A DNA stretch of 64,000 bases, taken from a virus (lineage: Duplodnaviria; Heunggongvirae; Uroviricota; Caudoviricetes). Position numbers and translations under genes: made by a program. This document shows, piece after piece, positions 29,522 to 38,396 of the stretch (position 1 is the first letter of the stretch; each line of letters starts with the position of its first letter). The DNA lies in IMG/VR virus record IMGVR_UViG_3300026980_000004; one strand, 5' to 3'. Below the pieces are notes generated by a model. That model had not been told where the DNA came from. It saw only the letters and a program-made list of their open reading frames with translations, and did no database searches.

Positions 29522-30097
29522 ATGGATAATCTTAAAAAAATAATCAGAGAAATTATAAAAGAAGGTGATAGAGAACATACTTATTACATGTTTTTCCAGA
29601 ATATTAAACAAATTAAAAGACAATGCGAAGAAATTCTAGAGATGGATAGACACAATGTTGATAATGTTTTAAAATCTGGACATGATTGGGCATCTGATCA
29701 TATATCAACTTCAAAAGATGATGTCGAAGAAGTATATAATTTTTTAAAAGAAAAATGTAAAAAGGATACGGTTGTTACTGATATTGATGATATAATTGAA
29801 TCTACTGAAAATAGGTTAACAGATGATGAAATTATTAAATTAGGTCATGAAATATTCGAAAAATATATGTACTCAGATAAAGATATTAAAAGAAAAGTGA
29901 AAGATGATTGGTCTAACGATGGTTTAAGCAGATTTGGTCAATTCACTAATAATAAATTATCTAATTTATTATCAGTAAAAGATAATAGAACAAGACAAAT
30001 GAAAATTCATGAAATTGTGGATCAATTAGAAATTTTAAAAGATTACATTAAAGATAATTCTATCGATATCTTAATAAAATCATTACTAATAAGATAA
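29522..30097 (+). CDS. hypothetical protein, IIKEE-like leader (MDNLKKIIREIIKEG)
   Basis: ORF preceded by AAGTATTTATATTT. Confidence 0.45.
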   Translation: MDNLKKIIREIIKEGDREHTYYMFFQNIKQIKRQCEEILEMDRHNVDNVLKSGHDWASDHISTSKDDVEEVYNFLKEKCKKDTVVTDIDDIIESTENRLTDDEIIKLGHEIFEKYMYSDKDIKRKVKDDWSNDGLSRFGQFTNNKLSNLLSVKDNRTRQMKIHEIVDQLEILKDYIKDNSIDILIKSLLIR

Positions 30098-30231
30098 TAT
30101 TATTTCACGATTTAAAAATCCAATAATAAACTCATATTCACCATTTAATGTTTTATCATGGGTTATTTTAATGAATGGAAATAAATATATTTGACCAAAT
30201 ATTTTAGATATTGTAATTTTCATATATATTA

Positions 30232-30681
30232 TTATATTAATTGTTCTCTATAACTTAATAACTTGTATAGGTTTTGTAATTGATGGACATGACTTATACA
30301 AGTTATATATTTATTATTAATTGAAACATCATAACTAGTATCATCTTCAGATATAACACCAATATTTTCAGCATCAATATCTTGATCTTCTTTTTCTAAT
30401 AAAAACCAATCATGAAGTATCCATTCTTTGTGAATATAAACGATATCTGTAATTGATTTTTTTACACTCTCAATACATTCAAATTTAAAATAATTTAACC
30501 AATAATCATTTATTATTATTGGTCTAACATCATTTAAAACAATAGACTCAGAATCGTTAATTCTTGGATAGAACATTATCCACTCATCATTTTCATCTAT
30601 GAATGATATTTCTTTAACTTGTACAATTGAACCACAGGGTAATTGGACATAATTATTAATCATTAAATCTCTTGCATCCAT
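30232..30681 (-). CDS. hypothetical protein
   Basis: 149-aa ORF. Confidence 0.4.
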   Translation of the reverse strand: MDARDLMINNYVQLPCGSIVQVKEISFIDENDEWIMFYPRINDSESIVLNDVRPIIINDYWLNYFKFECIESVKKSITDIVYIHKEWILHDWFLLEKEDQDIDAENIGVISEDDTSYDVSINNKYITCISHVHQLQNLYKLLSYREQLI

Positions 30682-30684
30682 TAT

Positions 30685-30931
30685 TTTAATAATTTTTTAA
30701 TTGTATTAATGATATTTCTATTATATTTTTTGGTTTCGGCATCACTTGCAAATAAATTATTTAAATCAATAAAATGATTCATCATTTCTTCCGCAACCTC
30801 TCTTCTTATTCTAATTGTTACAAATTTATTCATATTATTTTATTTAATTTTAACAAAACATGTTATATGTGATATTGGTGAATAACATATATATAAACTT
30901 TTTTCACAAATCTTTATAATTTTTTGATTTT
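30685..30931 (-). pseudogene. degraded N-terminal remnant of the integron-type tyrosine recombinase gene (copy of the 5' end of gene 49995-50798)
   Basis: rc 30931-30896 encodes MKNQKIIKICEK, matching MKNQKIIKICEQ of the intact gene. YSP, ISHI and HFID islands are conserved and interrupted by frameshifts and stops. Confidence 0.55.
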
Positions 30932-30990
30932 TCATGATGTAACTTCTTGAAAATTAATATGATATGAAAACTTACATATATATAATAGTT
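30932..30990 (+). other. attI-like site remnant ending in GTT (second copy)
   Basis: 30894-30990 is about 85% identical to 50754-50853. Both end in ATATATAATAGTT, and foreign-composition DNA starts immediately after. Confidence 0.5.
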
Positions 30991-31162
30991 GGCAAATATA
31001 AAATCATTCATCATATCTTATTGAATGAACAGCCTGTTCTACTGTATAAGCCATTTGCCAAAGTTTTCTAATATATGCTTTTGTCGGGCATTTAATGTTT
31101 ACTTCTTCTAAGTTGTTTTTGATGTGCTGATAGTACGTTTCAAAAGTCATGATTTTACGAAT

Positions 31163-31252
31163 TTGCCAACAATAAATAAAATGAATAGTACAGCTTGGTG
31201 TTCTGCATCTAACCGATGTTTTTGTGTGCGCTACTGCATTTTATTAGAGCCG
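31163..31252 (+). repeat. attC-like imperfect palindrome (AACAATAAATAAAATGAATAGTACAGC ... GCTACTGCATTTTATTAGAGCCG|TT)
   Basis: Left and right halves are reverse-complementary with bulges and end in CCGTT. Confidence 0.4.
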
Positions 31253-31318
31253 TTATGTGCATTAAAACGGCAAGGGCTAAAGCCCGCACAACACGGGGTA
31301 TAACCAATAAAAACACTA

Positions 31319-31618
31319 CTATTGTGCTTCTACAATTTCAAAGTCATCGCTACTGCACCAAAAATCGTCATCAGTAACTTTAACTTTGTCGTTCAATTTC
31401 GTGGCTGAATCCTGCCAATCTTCCCAATCCGTGTTGTTTAATAGCCAGTCGATACCTTCATAGTCATCTTCCATTACCCAGTCAACTTCTTCTTTGTAGT
31501 CTTGGCTTCCAATTTCTACACCGTCTTTTTTGGCATAGTAATTTGCTCGATTTTCAGCCACTAACATTAGTGGAATTTGAAATTGTCCGTTAGGTGTGTT
31601 GCATTTAATTACTTTCAT
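31319..31618 (-). CDS. hypothetical acidic protein (cassette-like gene)
   Basis: 99-aa ORF with higher GC than the phage backbone. Confidence 0.4.
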   Translation of the reverse strand: MKVIKCNTPNGQFQIPLMLVAENRANYYAKKDGVEIGSQDYKEEVDWVMEDDYEGIDWLLNNTDWEDWQDSATKLNDKVKVTDDDFWCSSDDFEIVEAQ

Positions 31619-31677
31619 CTTGTTATTTATTTTGGTTGTTATAAATCCGTGTTTTTACAGGTCATAGCCCAGCACTG

Positions 31678-31899
31678 TTAGCCACCATTTAATTCCGTAT
31701 CCGTTTCGGGGCGTGTGGTTGCTATTTGTTCTGCCATTCTTCGGCATGTGGCTTTGTCTCTTTCGGAAAGTTTATCCCAAAAGTCCATACTTCCTCCCTT
31801 TTGTGAAGTGTATCTATCAGCGTAAAGCCACATTGCACATCTCGCAGGTCTATGTGGGTCTAAGTTTCTTTGCTCTCTTTCAATTTCGTGTTGTGTCAT
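31678..31899 (-). CDS. hypothetical protein (cassette-like gene, GC-rich)
   Basis: 73-aa ORF. Confidence 0.3.
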   Translation of the reverse strand: MTQHEIEREQRNLDPHRPARCAMWLYADRYTSQKGGSMDFWDKLSERDKATCRRMAEQIATTRPETDTELNGG

Positions 31900-32033
31900 A
31901 TTAAAAACGTTTTATAATAACGTATAAAATTAATTGCTACGTTGTTGAGTTATTTTATATTTCTACTTCTAATCTACTGTTGTGGTTTGTGAAAAGTCGT
32001 GCATCTAATACATAACTAATCTTATACAAACCA

Positions 32034-32294
32034 TTAGCGGTAATTTTTCTTTGATTTACTATTCGGACATTTTTCATTGTGGCATAACATTTCACCGAAT
32101 AATCCTAAAAATCCATTTTTCGATACAGTTGAACCACAGTTCGTACAAAAATGTCCTACACCTTCTCGTATAACTCTACTTAGTGGTGGTTCAGGTGGTT
32201 TTGGAATATAACCACCGATAAAATCAGATATATTCAATTCTGATGAATGTTGTTCAAATGCCTGTATATTTTTCAATCTTTTGATCATAATCAA
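32034..32294 (-). CDS. zinc-ribbon protein (CTNCG...CHNEKC)
   Basis: 86-aa ORF with C4 pattern. Confidence 0.35.
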   Translation of the reverse strand: MIMIKRLKNIQAFEQHSSELNISDFIGGYIPKPPEPPLSRVIREGVGHFCTNCGSTVSKNGFLGLFGEMLCHNEKCPNSKSKKNYR

Positions 32295-32354
32295 AGTTTA
32301 TTTCTATATATAAATATTAGAAAATTAAAATTATATTAAACAAACTGTAGGTGA

Positions 32355-32564
32355 TTACTTGATTTTTCGAGCCAAGTAAAATTCTACAATCTCTTTGTCA
32401 GTAAGATCATCTACCGCTACTTGTTTACGCCATTGTATAAAATCAACTAACAGTTCTCTTCGCCCTGCAACACTAAGTAAAAACAGTAACTCATGTGCCA
32501 AATAAACAGCTTTATCTTCACCTATTCTATTTTTTCTTAGTAATTTAATAATTTTATCTTCCAT
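32355..32564 (-). CDS. hypothetical small protein
   Basis: 69-aa ORF. Confidence 0.3.
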   Translation of the reverse strand: MEDKIIKLLRKNRIGEDKAVYLAHELLFLLSVAGRRELLVDFIQWRKQVAVDDLTDKEIVEFYLARKIK

Positions 32565-32648
32565 ATCGTTACTTTATTTATCTGTTTTCGTAATATAGAA
32601 TACTATGTTTCTATTCACATATGCAAATCTTATATAATTTACAATATT

Positions 32649-32981
32649 CTATTTCACATTGTTTATATTAACTAATTCACGTAGTACTTTAATTTTTTGT
32701 GCCAATATCCATTTGCCGCCTTGATTTTCTGGTCTATGGAAATATTGGTAATCATCAACCTCAACTTCAATCCATATTCTATTATTTGATGATAAATGTG
32801 GTGCAAACGGTTTAACCAAACAATGCCAACCCTTTCTGATTGCATATCCATTTGTTGGGAATTCTTCAGCTTCAATCCATTTGTTCAATTCGAATCTGTA
32901 TTTTTTATTTATAAACAATGGTGCGATTGTCCCGTCTTTAAGTTTTCTAACTAATTTATATGCTATCATAATTTTAATCAC
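32649..32981 (-). CDS. hypothetical protein
   Basis: 110-aa ORF. Confidence 0.35.
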   Translation of the reverse strand: MIKIMIAYKLVRKLKDGTIAPLFINKKYRFELNKWIEAEEFPTNGYAIRKGWHCLVKPFAPHLSSNNRIWIEVEVDDYQYFHRPENQGGKWILAQKIKVLRELVNINNVK

Positions 32982-33465
32982 ACATATGTTCTAAATTGTG
33001 TTCAATTAATTTCCAGAGTAGTTTTTTTGCTCTCTGATGTTTTTGTTCTGCTTTTAGAGCTAGTTCTGAATATTGTTTTTCAGCCTCTTCTTGTTGTTCA
33101 GGTGTATGTGCAAATTTCCACTTAATACCCTTATATGTATAAGAACCATTATTATTATTCTCCCATTCCCAATCAAAATCACCCCACATTTTTTTCATTT
33201 GGTCAAAATGTTCCATTCTATACTCTTCATCATAGACTTTTTTCATTAATTCGAGTATTGTTCTGAGTCTTCTTGCATTTTTTTTTCCACTTACACTATA
33301 TGCTTTATCAGAATCCAAATAATTTGCAGTTCTTTGTAGTTGATAATGAAATAAATTCACTGCATGGATATAATCAAAATCATATCCTTTCCATATTATA
33401 GGTAAAAAGGAAATTACTCTTTTAATTCTTCTAAAGAACCATGATATATTATTAAATATTTCCAT
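32974..33465 (-). CDS. hypothetical protein
   Basis: 163-aa ORF. Confidence 0.35.
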   Translation of the reverse strand: MEIFNNISWFFRRIKRVISFLPIIWKGYDFDYIHAVNLFHYQLQRTANYLDSDKAYSVSGKKNARRLRTILELMKKVYDEEYRMEHFDQMKKMWGDFDWEWENNNNGSYTYKGIKWKFAHTPEQQEEAEKQYSELALKAEQKHQRAKKLLWKLIEHNLEHMCD

Positions 33466-33482
33466 TATCTAGTATGTTTATA

Positions 33483-34358
33483 TTAGTTAGAACCAAACAT
33501 TTTTTCATATAACATTTTAACTGCATGTTTTTCCTCGGCTGTATAACCACTAGGTTTTTCAAAACCAATTGATAATAAATTACATCCTAATATTGATAAA
33601 TTATTATTATCATATTTAGATTTATTGTATAACCATGCCATTAAAGCAGATGATGTATATGAATCATTAACTTGAACTTCCAAATAAAGTTTCTTACCCT
33701 TTTCAAAGTAAATATTTGATAAATGTTCTTTACCCTCTTTAGATGAACTATTATAAACATCAATATCTTTAATTAGGTTATCTAAAGATATTTCTTCTAA
33801 TATTTGTTTATTATCAGCGATTGCCTTTTTATTATATTCAATCAAACGATCACCAAAATATTTTTTGGTATTAATATAATCAATAAAAGTAAATGATTGA
33901 TCATTCTCATTGTGATCTTCTAAATTTTTTACAACAAATGTATCACCAATAAAATCATTAATATCAATTTTTGTATCACATTTATCGGCAGTACCATGAA
34001 ATTTAGTTAAATAAATATAATCATAATTACCTATAAATTGTTTATACACATTAGCACCACCAATAATCCAAATTATTTTATCTGGATAATTTTCCTCCAA
34101 TTCTTCTAACATATATTCAATATCGTTGTATACGAGTACACCACGTCCTTCCATTAATTTATTAGATAAAACAACATTTATTCTATTGGGTAGTGGTTTA
34201 CTACCGATTGATTCATATGTTTTAGATCCCATAACAACAATGTTATCGGATGTTAGTTCCTTGAATCTTTTTAAATCTTTTTTTGATTTGAAAACCAAAT
34301 CATTATTATAACCAATACAACCATTTGCATCGGTTGCTACTATCATATTAATCAACAT
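33483..34358 (-). CDS. frd: dihydrofolate reductase with about 120-aa C-terminal extension
   Basis: N-terminus MIVATDANGCIGYNNDLVFKSKKDLKRFKELTSDNIVVMGSKTYESIG is a classic DHFR fold signature. At 291 aa it is longer than the 193-aa T4 frd. Confidence 0.75.
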   Translation of the reverse strand: MLINMIVATDANGCIGYNNDLVFKSKKDLKRFKELTSDNIVVMGSKTYESIGSKPLPNRINVVLSNKLMEGRGVLVYNDIEYMLEELEENYPDKIIWIIGGANVYKQFIGNYDYIYLTKFHGTADKCDTKIDINDFIGDTFVVKNLEDHNENDQSFTFIDYINTKKYFGDRLIEYNKKAIADNKQILEEISLDNLIKDIDVYNSSSKEGKEHLSNIYFEKGKKLYLEVQVNDSYTSSALMAWLYNKSKYDNNNLSILGCNLLSIGFEKPSGYTAEEKHAVKMLYEKMFGSN

Positions 34359-34629
34359 TTTTTGACTTTTTTAAATATTTTATAATTAATTTAGAATCCT
34401 TCTCGTTAATGAAAAATCCATCCCATGATCCATATTTTGTTTTATAACCAAATATATAATATATTGCCAATTTAATTCTTTTAAAGAAAGATAATGAAGT
34501 ATTTAAATGTGGTTCAAACCATACACCATCATCTTTAGAATAGTAAAATGAATATTGATGTTCTAATGAACCACATTTACATATGAAAATATCTCTATCT
34601 AAATCATTTATTTTATTATTTTTTTTCAT
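34348..34629 (-). CDS. hypothetical protein
   Basis: 93-aa ORF. Confidence 0.35.
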   Translation of the reverse strand: MKKNNKINDLDRDIFICKCGSLEHQYSFYYSKDDGVWFEPHLNTSLSFFKRIKLAIYYIFGYKTKYGSWDGFFINEKDSKLIIKYLKKSKNVD

Positions 34630-35186
34630 TTAAATCACATTTAATTTTATCACCGTCTTTTGTCCATAACAATACTGAAGAATCCACAGTCATATTACTA
34701 CGTTCGGGATCTCTTTTCCAAAATTCATGTCTTATTACTTGAATTAAATCATATGCGACTCTACAACTATCATCAACATTTTCATTAAAAATACCGTAAC
34801 TACCATGATCATGCATATTTTCTTGTAGAAGAATATTTCTACCTTGATTTAATAATTTTTCACCCTCATCCCTTAATTTATGATATGCGTCATAATCAAT
34901 AGATAATTTAATATTTTCAATATCGTGCCAAGTTTTAATTTCTTCACCATTTCCCCAAGAAGCTTTTGTTTTAATATAATCATCACCAATTTCGATAATA
35001 ACACCTCTTTCGGTTTTTATCACCAACTTCAAGATCTTTTTGTGGTCTAAGTTTATCCGATAAAACACTTTGGAATGTTGGGTGATCTTTTATAACCCAC
35101 ATTTGTCCAATACCAACTCTAGAATAAAAATCAAGTGCTGTTTGGATTATTTTTAATTGTTCTTCAGTTATTTCTAGTTTTGGCAT
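34616..35186 (-). pseudogene. two overlapping ORFs (34983-35186 and 34616-35068) that probably form one gene interrupted by a frameshift at an A-run
   Basis: Frames switch at CCACAAAAAG; each ORF alone lacks a normal start or end context. Confidence 0.3.
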
Positions 35187-35406
35187 CTTTTCTGTAATTT
35201 TCGATTCCTACAATAAGTGTATATAATGGTGTTAATGAAATTGCGAAACATTCTTTATTAATCCAACATTCATATTGACCATCACCACCCACAATTAATT
35301 CTGTCCTATTCTTTCGTTGAAATTCAATAACATCTGCTAAGTTAAAGTTTTTTTCAACATATTCCAATTCTTTTTCCAAATAATTCATAAAAATGAAAAA
35401 ACCCAT
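35164..35406 (-). CDS. hypothetical protein
   Basis: 80-aa ORF. Confidence 0.3.
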   Translation of the reverse strand: MGFFIFMNYLEKELEYVEKNFNLADVIEFQRKNRTELIVGGDGQYECWINKECFAISLTPLYTLIVGIENYRKDAKTRNN

Positions 35407-35438
35407 ACCTTATGATATGGGTCTTTAATTTAGTGTTA

Positions 35439-36242
35439 TTATTTTAAACCTTTAATTACCGATGCAGAATTTGACCCAAACACATTATTAGAACCCCAAG
35501 GAGATATACCCCTTTCAGCCCAAATCCTTTCAGTTTGTGCTCTAAATAGTTCCAAATATTGTGGTTTTGATTGAAGGGCTTTTGTTTTATCGTTTAACAC
35601 TTCTGCATCATAATTACCCTGTGCTTCTGCAACTTTTGCCTTTGCAAGTGCAATTTGTTCAGCCTCTTTCTTTTCCGCTAATTGATTTCTACCGATCTGA
35701 ACTGCAGTTTCTTCTGCCAATTGTGAAATACCCTCTGGGATGTCGATATCTGTAAAGTTAGCTCTTTTATATTGAACATAGAATGATGCAAATTCATCTC
35801 TAAGAATTGCTTCCAATTTCTTTTCGGCATCAACCCTAGCATTTTTATTTAGATCAACCGCACCATATTGTGGGACAACTTCTTTTGCTGCACTACTAAT
35901 AGATTTCTCAATTTTCACTTGAAGATCTTTAACTTCTTTATGAAATAGATTAACCATTTCTGGCTGAAGATTCCAATCCACAGCAACCTGAATTTTAGTT
36001 AACATATCATTTTTATCATTAAATTCTAGTTCCATTACGGTTGTATTCTCACGAACATCATATTCAACCATATCATCCCATAACCAACCAAAACCAGTAT
36101 GCATACCCTCTGGATACACTTGTGACATATCTGTTGCACCACCCCATTCGACTCTGACACCCTTATGTCCAGAATCTACTGATGTACAACTTGTTGTAAA
36201 TACAACTACAATAATTGATAATGTAATAATTAATTTTCTCAT
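35439..36242 (-). CDS. SPFH/band-7 (prohibitin/HflK-like) lipoprotein
   Basis: Signal peptide plus lipobox (VFTTSC). Band-7-like core. Ala/Glu-rich coiled-coil tail. Confidence 0.5.
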   Translation of the reverse strand: MRKLIITLSIIVVVFTTSCTSVDSGHKGVRVEWGGATDMSQVYPEGMHTGFGWLWDDMVEYDVRENTTVMELEFNDKNDMLTKIQVAVDWNLQPEMVNLFHKEVKDLQVKIEKSISSAAKEVVPQYGAVDLNKNARVDAEKKLEAILRDEFASFYVQYKRANFTDIDIPEGISQLAEETAVQIGRNQLAEKKEAEQIALAKAKVAEAQGNYDAEVLNDKTKALQSKPQYLELFRAQTERIWAERGISPWGSNNVFGSNSASVIKGLK

Positions 36243-36598
36243 AATTTTATTTGTTTGTTTTTTAATTTATTTATGTAATATTTAAATAATAAATATATTG
36301 ATGTTATAATTAAGATAATTGGCCATAAAAAACCAATAATTAAAGAAAACCCTAAACCAATTAGGATATACATTAAAATATATTCAACTATTATATCATT
36401 ATCTGATTTTACATTTCTATGTCTACTTGAACCAGTTATAAGAAATTCAATATGGTAAATTACATTATAAAATGGTGATTTACTATTATAATTATCGTAA
36501 TCCACTAATAATTTTCTAAATTTTGGTACGAATGGTATTGATATATATAGCAAATAATAGACTATTGCAATATATTTACTTATTTCTATATAAATCAT
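36239..36598 (-). CDS. membrane protein, hypothetical
   Basis: 119-aa multi-TM ORF coupled to the SPFH gene. Confidence 0.4.
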   Translation of the reverse strand: MIYIEISKYIAIVYYLLYISIPFVPKFRKLLVDYDNYNSKSPFYNVIYHIEFLITGSSRHRNVKSDNDIIVEYILMYILIGLGFSLIIGFLWPIILIITSIYLLFKYYINKLKNKQIKL

Positions 36599-36738
36599 TA
36601 TTTTTTATTATTTCTATTTTCGGGATTTCTTAACCATTGGTAACTCATCCAGAATGCCCAGATTACAAATGCGATTAGTAGTAATGAAATTGTTCCTTTT
36701 AGCATAGTTTTAATTGTTTAAAGTGTAAATTTATAGAT

Positions 36739-37311
36739 TTATTTTATAATTTCCAATTCTTGTAGAATCTTTTTTACATTACTTTTCAATGTATCTAAAT
36801 CAGAGTCATTTACTATTGTATAATCAAAACCAGTATAATCATCTAATTCAATTTCTGATTGATGGTAATCAATATTTTTAATAGATGGTCTATTAATTCT
36901 GATTAATTGAGAATTATAAGAATTCAATGCCTCTGCTTCATTTTTAAATCTTAAGTCAGTAATGATCCAATAATAATTTTCTTTATATTTGGAGAGTGTT
37001 GAATTTATCCAAACATTTTGATGTACATTATTTCTCATAGCATCAGTACCAATTTTCTGCAATAATAATCTGGGTGTCATTTTTTGCATAATACAATCAT
37101 CATCTAAAAAATCCCATTGACTAGGTAATGGTGTATTTTTAAATTCTTCATTTTCCAATTCATCTCTTGTACATGAGATTAAATTACAAACAAAATCCTT
37201 TAAAATATCTGCGAATTTAACAATTTTAAATTTATTATTTGTTAACTCTTGAATAATATTTGCAACCGTATCTTTACCGTGTTGTTTTTTTGCGGATAAT
37301 GCAATAATCAT
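36739..37311 (-). CDS. deoxynucleoside monophosphate kinase (T4 gene 1-like)
   Basis: N-terminal P-loop MIIALSAKKQHGKDTVANII is similar to T4 gp1 MKLIFLSGVKRSGKDTTADFI. Confidence 0.6.
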   Translation of the reverse strand: MIIALSAKKQHGKDTVANIIQELTNNKFKIVKFADILKDFVCNLISCTRDELENEEFKNTPLPSQWDFLDDDCIMQKMTPRLLLQKIGTDAMRNNVHQNVWINSTLSKYKENYYWIITDLRFKNEAEALNSYNSQLIRINRPSIKNIDYHQSEIELDDYTGFDYTIVNDSDLDTLKSNVKKILQELEIIK

Positions 37312-37496
37312 TTATTTTTTATTTTATTATAACAAGTATTAAAATTAATTTCTTCACCAGCATCAAACCCAAATGATGTATTTTTCCACCAAATATATAT
37401 ATTATCGTTTAAGGAATAAAATATTCCAGCCGAATTATTTTTCATTTTATTGGTTTTTAGACAATTTTCTGCTTGATTATTTAAATATATATCCAT
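37308..37496 (-). CDS. hypothetical small protein
   Basis: 62-aa ORF. Confidence 0.3.
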   Translation of the reverse strand: MDIYLNNQAENCLKTNKMKNNSAGIFYSLNDNIYIWWKNTSFGFDAGEEINFNTCYNKIKNK

Positions 37497-37499
37497 AAA

Positions 37500-37745
37500 T
37501 TATATATTTAATAGTGCTTTATAATAATCAGATGCCAATAAATTATTAGCCCCACTTTTAGATTTAATAATTTTTTTTAATCTATTTTCAGCACCCTCAA
37601 GCAGTTCCCATAATGTACCATTATCATATTCCTTTGAAATTATAGAATCAAACTTATTTCTATATTCTGGATATTCATCTACTAATTTATTTTTAAATAT
37701 GTTAAATCTTCTCTTAATTAATTTTTCTGCCGTAGTTTTATCCAT
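37500..37745 (-). CDS. hypothetical small protein
   Basis: 81-aa ORF. Confidence 0.3.
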   Translation of the reverse strand: MDKTTAEKLIKRRFNIFKNKLVDEYPEYRNKFDSIISKEYDNGTLWELLEGAENRLKKIIKSKSGANNLLASDYYKALLNI

Positions 37746-37920
37746 TTTAATTATATTTAGTTAATAAATTTTTAAATTCTTCTGATTTAATTAATGTTTT
37801 ATAAGATGTGTACATTTTTTTTATCACACTACCACCAACTGGATTTTTTCTAAAACCATCTCTATATATTGCATCGTTTTCAGATATATCAAATAATTTG
37901 AATTTAATATTTGCAAATTC

Positions 37921-38292
37921 TTAAAATTTATCAATAATATTTTTAATATATGATAATTTAACATGAGTATTGTCCCATATAATATTATAACCGTTTTCCA
38001 AAAACATTGTTGCGTTTGAAAACTCAATGTCAGTCACTAATTTTTCAAGATCGTATTCTAATAATGGTTTATTTTTTATCATATAACGAATATCATCCCT
38101 ATTTATTCTAAGATAATCAGGGTTATCAATTATAAATTCTTTTGCAAATGTTGATTTACCAGAGGCTGGAATCCCTATAAGAATTAATATTTCTTTAGAT
38201 TTCTCTTCCATATTCTTTTTTATAAAGATCAAAATTTCTAAATTGTGAATGAATGTATTTCCATGTTTCATTAAAATCTTCAACAGTTCCAT
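37921..38292 (-). CDS. P-loop kinase (polynucleotide-kinase-like N-terminal domain), short
   Basis: ILILIGIPASGKSTFAKEF Walker A followed by RINRDDIR, resembling the Pnk kinase domain. At 123 aa it may be truncated. Confidence 0.45.
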   Translation of the reverse strand: MELLKILMKHGNTFIHNLEILIFIKKNMEEKSKEILILIGIPASGKSTFAKEFIIDNPDYLRINRDDIRYMIKNKPLLEYDLEKLVTDIEFSNATMFLENGYNIIWDNTHVKLSYIKNIIDKF

Positions 38293-38396
38293 GTGTTGAT
38301 GATTTGTATGTTGATCTAATTCCTTTTGGTTTTAGATCATATTTCCTAATAATTTTTTTATTTGGTATTAAAAGATTTTTTATTTTGTACAGCATT

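Larger units (their letters stand above)
30989..33470 (+). mobile_element. GC-richer island of small cassette-like genes downstream of the attI remnant (putative partial cassette array)
   Basis: First cassette starts TTGGCAAATAT (30989); its reverse complement ATATTTGCCAAC sits at 31157-31168 in front of an attC-like palindrome. Composition clearly differs from the flanking phage DNA. Confidence 0.45.

Noticed and set aside
31150-31320. Possible tRNA genes in GC-richer short segments
   Set aside because: No convincing cloverleaf (acceptor stem with TpsiC arm, GTTC motif) could be folded by eye; these segments are better explained as attC-like palindromes.
37824-38027. ORF 37824-38027 (67 aa) overlapping the P-loop kinase gene
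   Set aside because: Low-complexity translation in an alternate frame with no sensible start context; likely spurious. It may mark a frameshift in a longer kinase gene.
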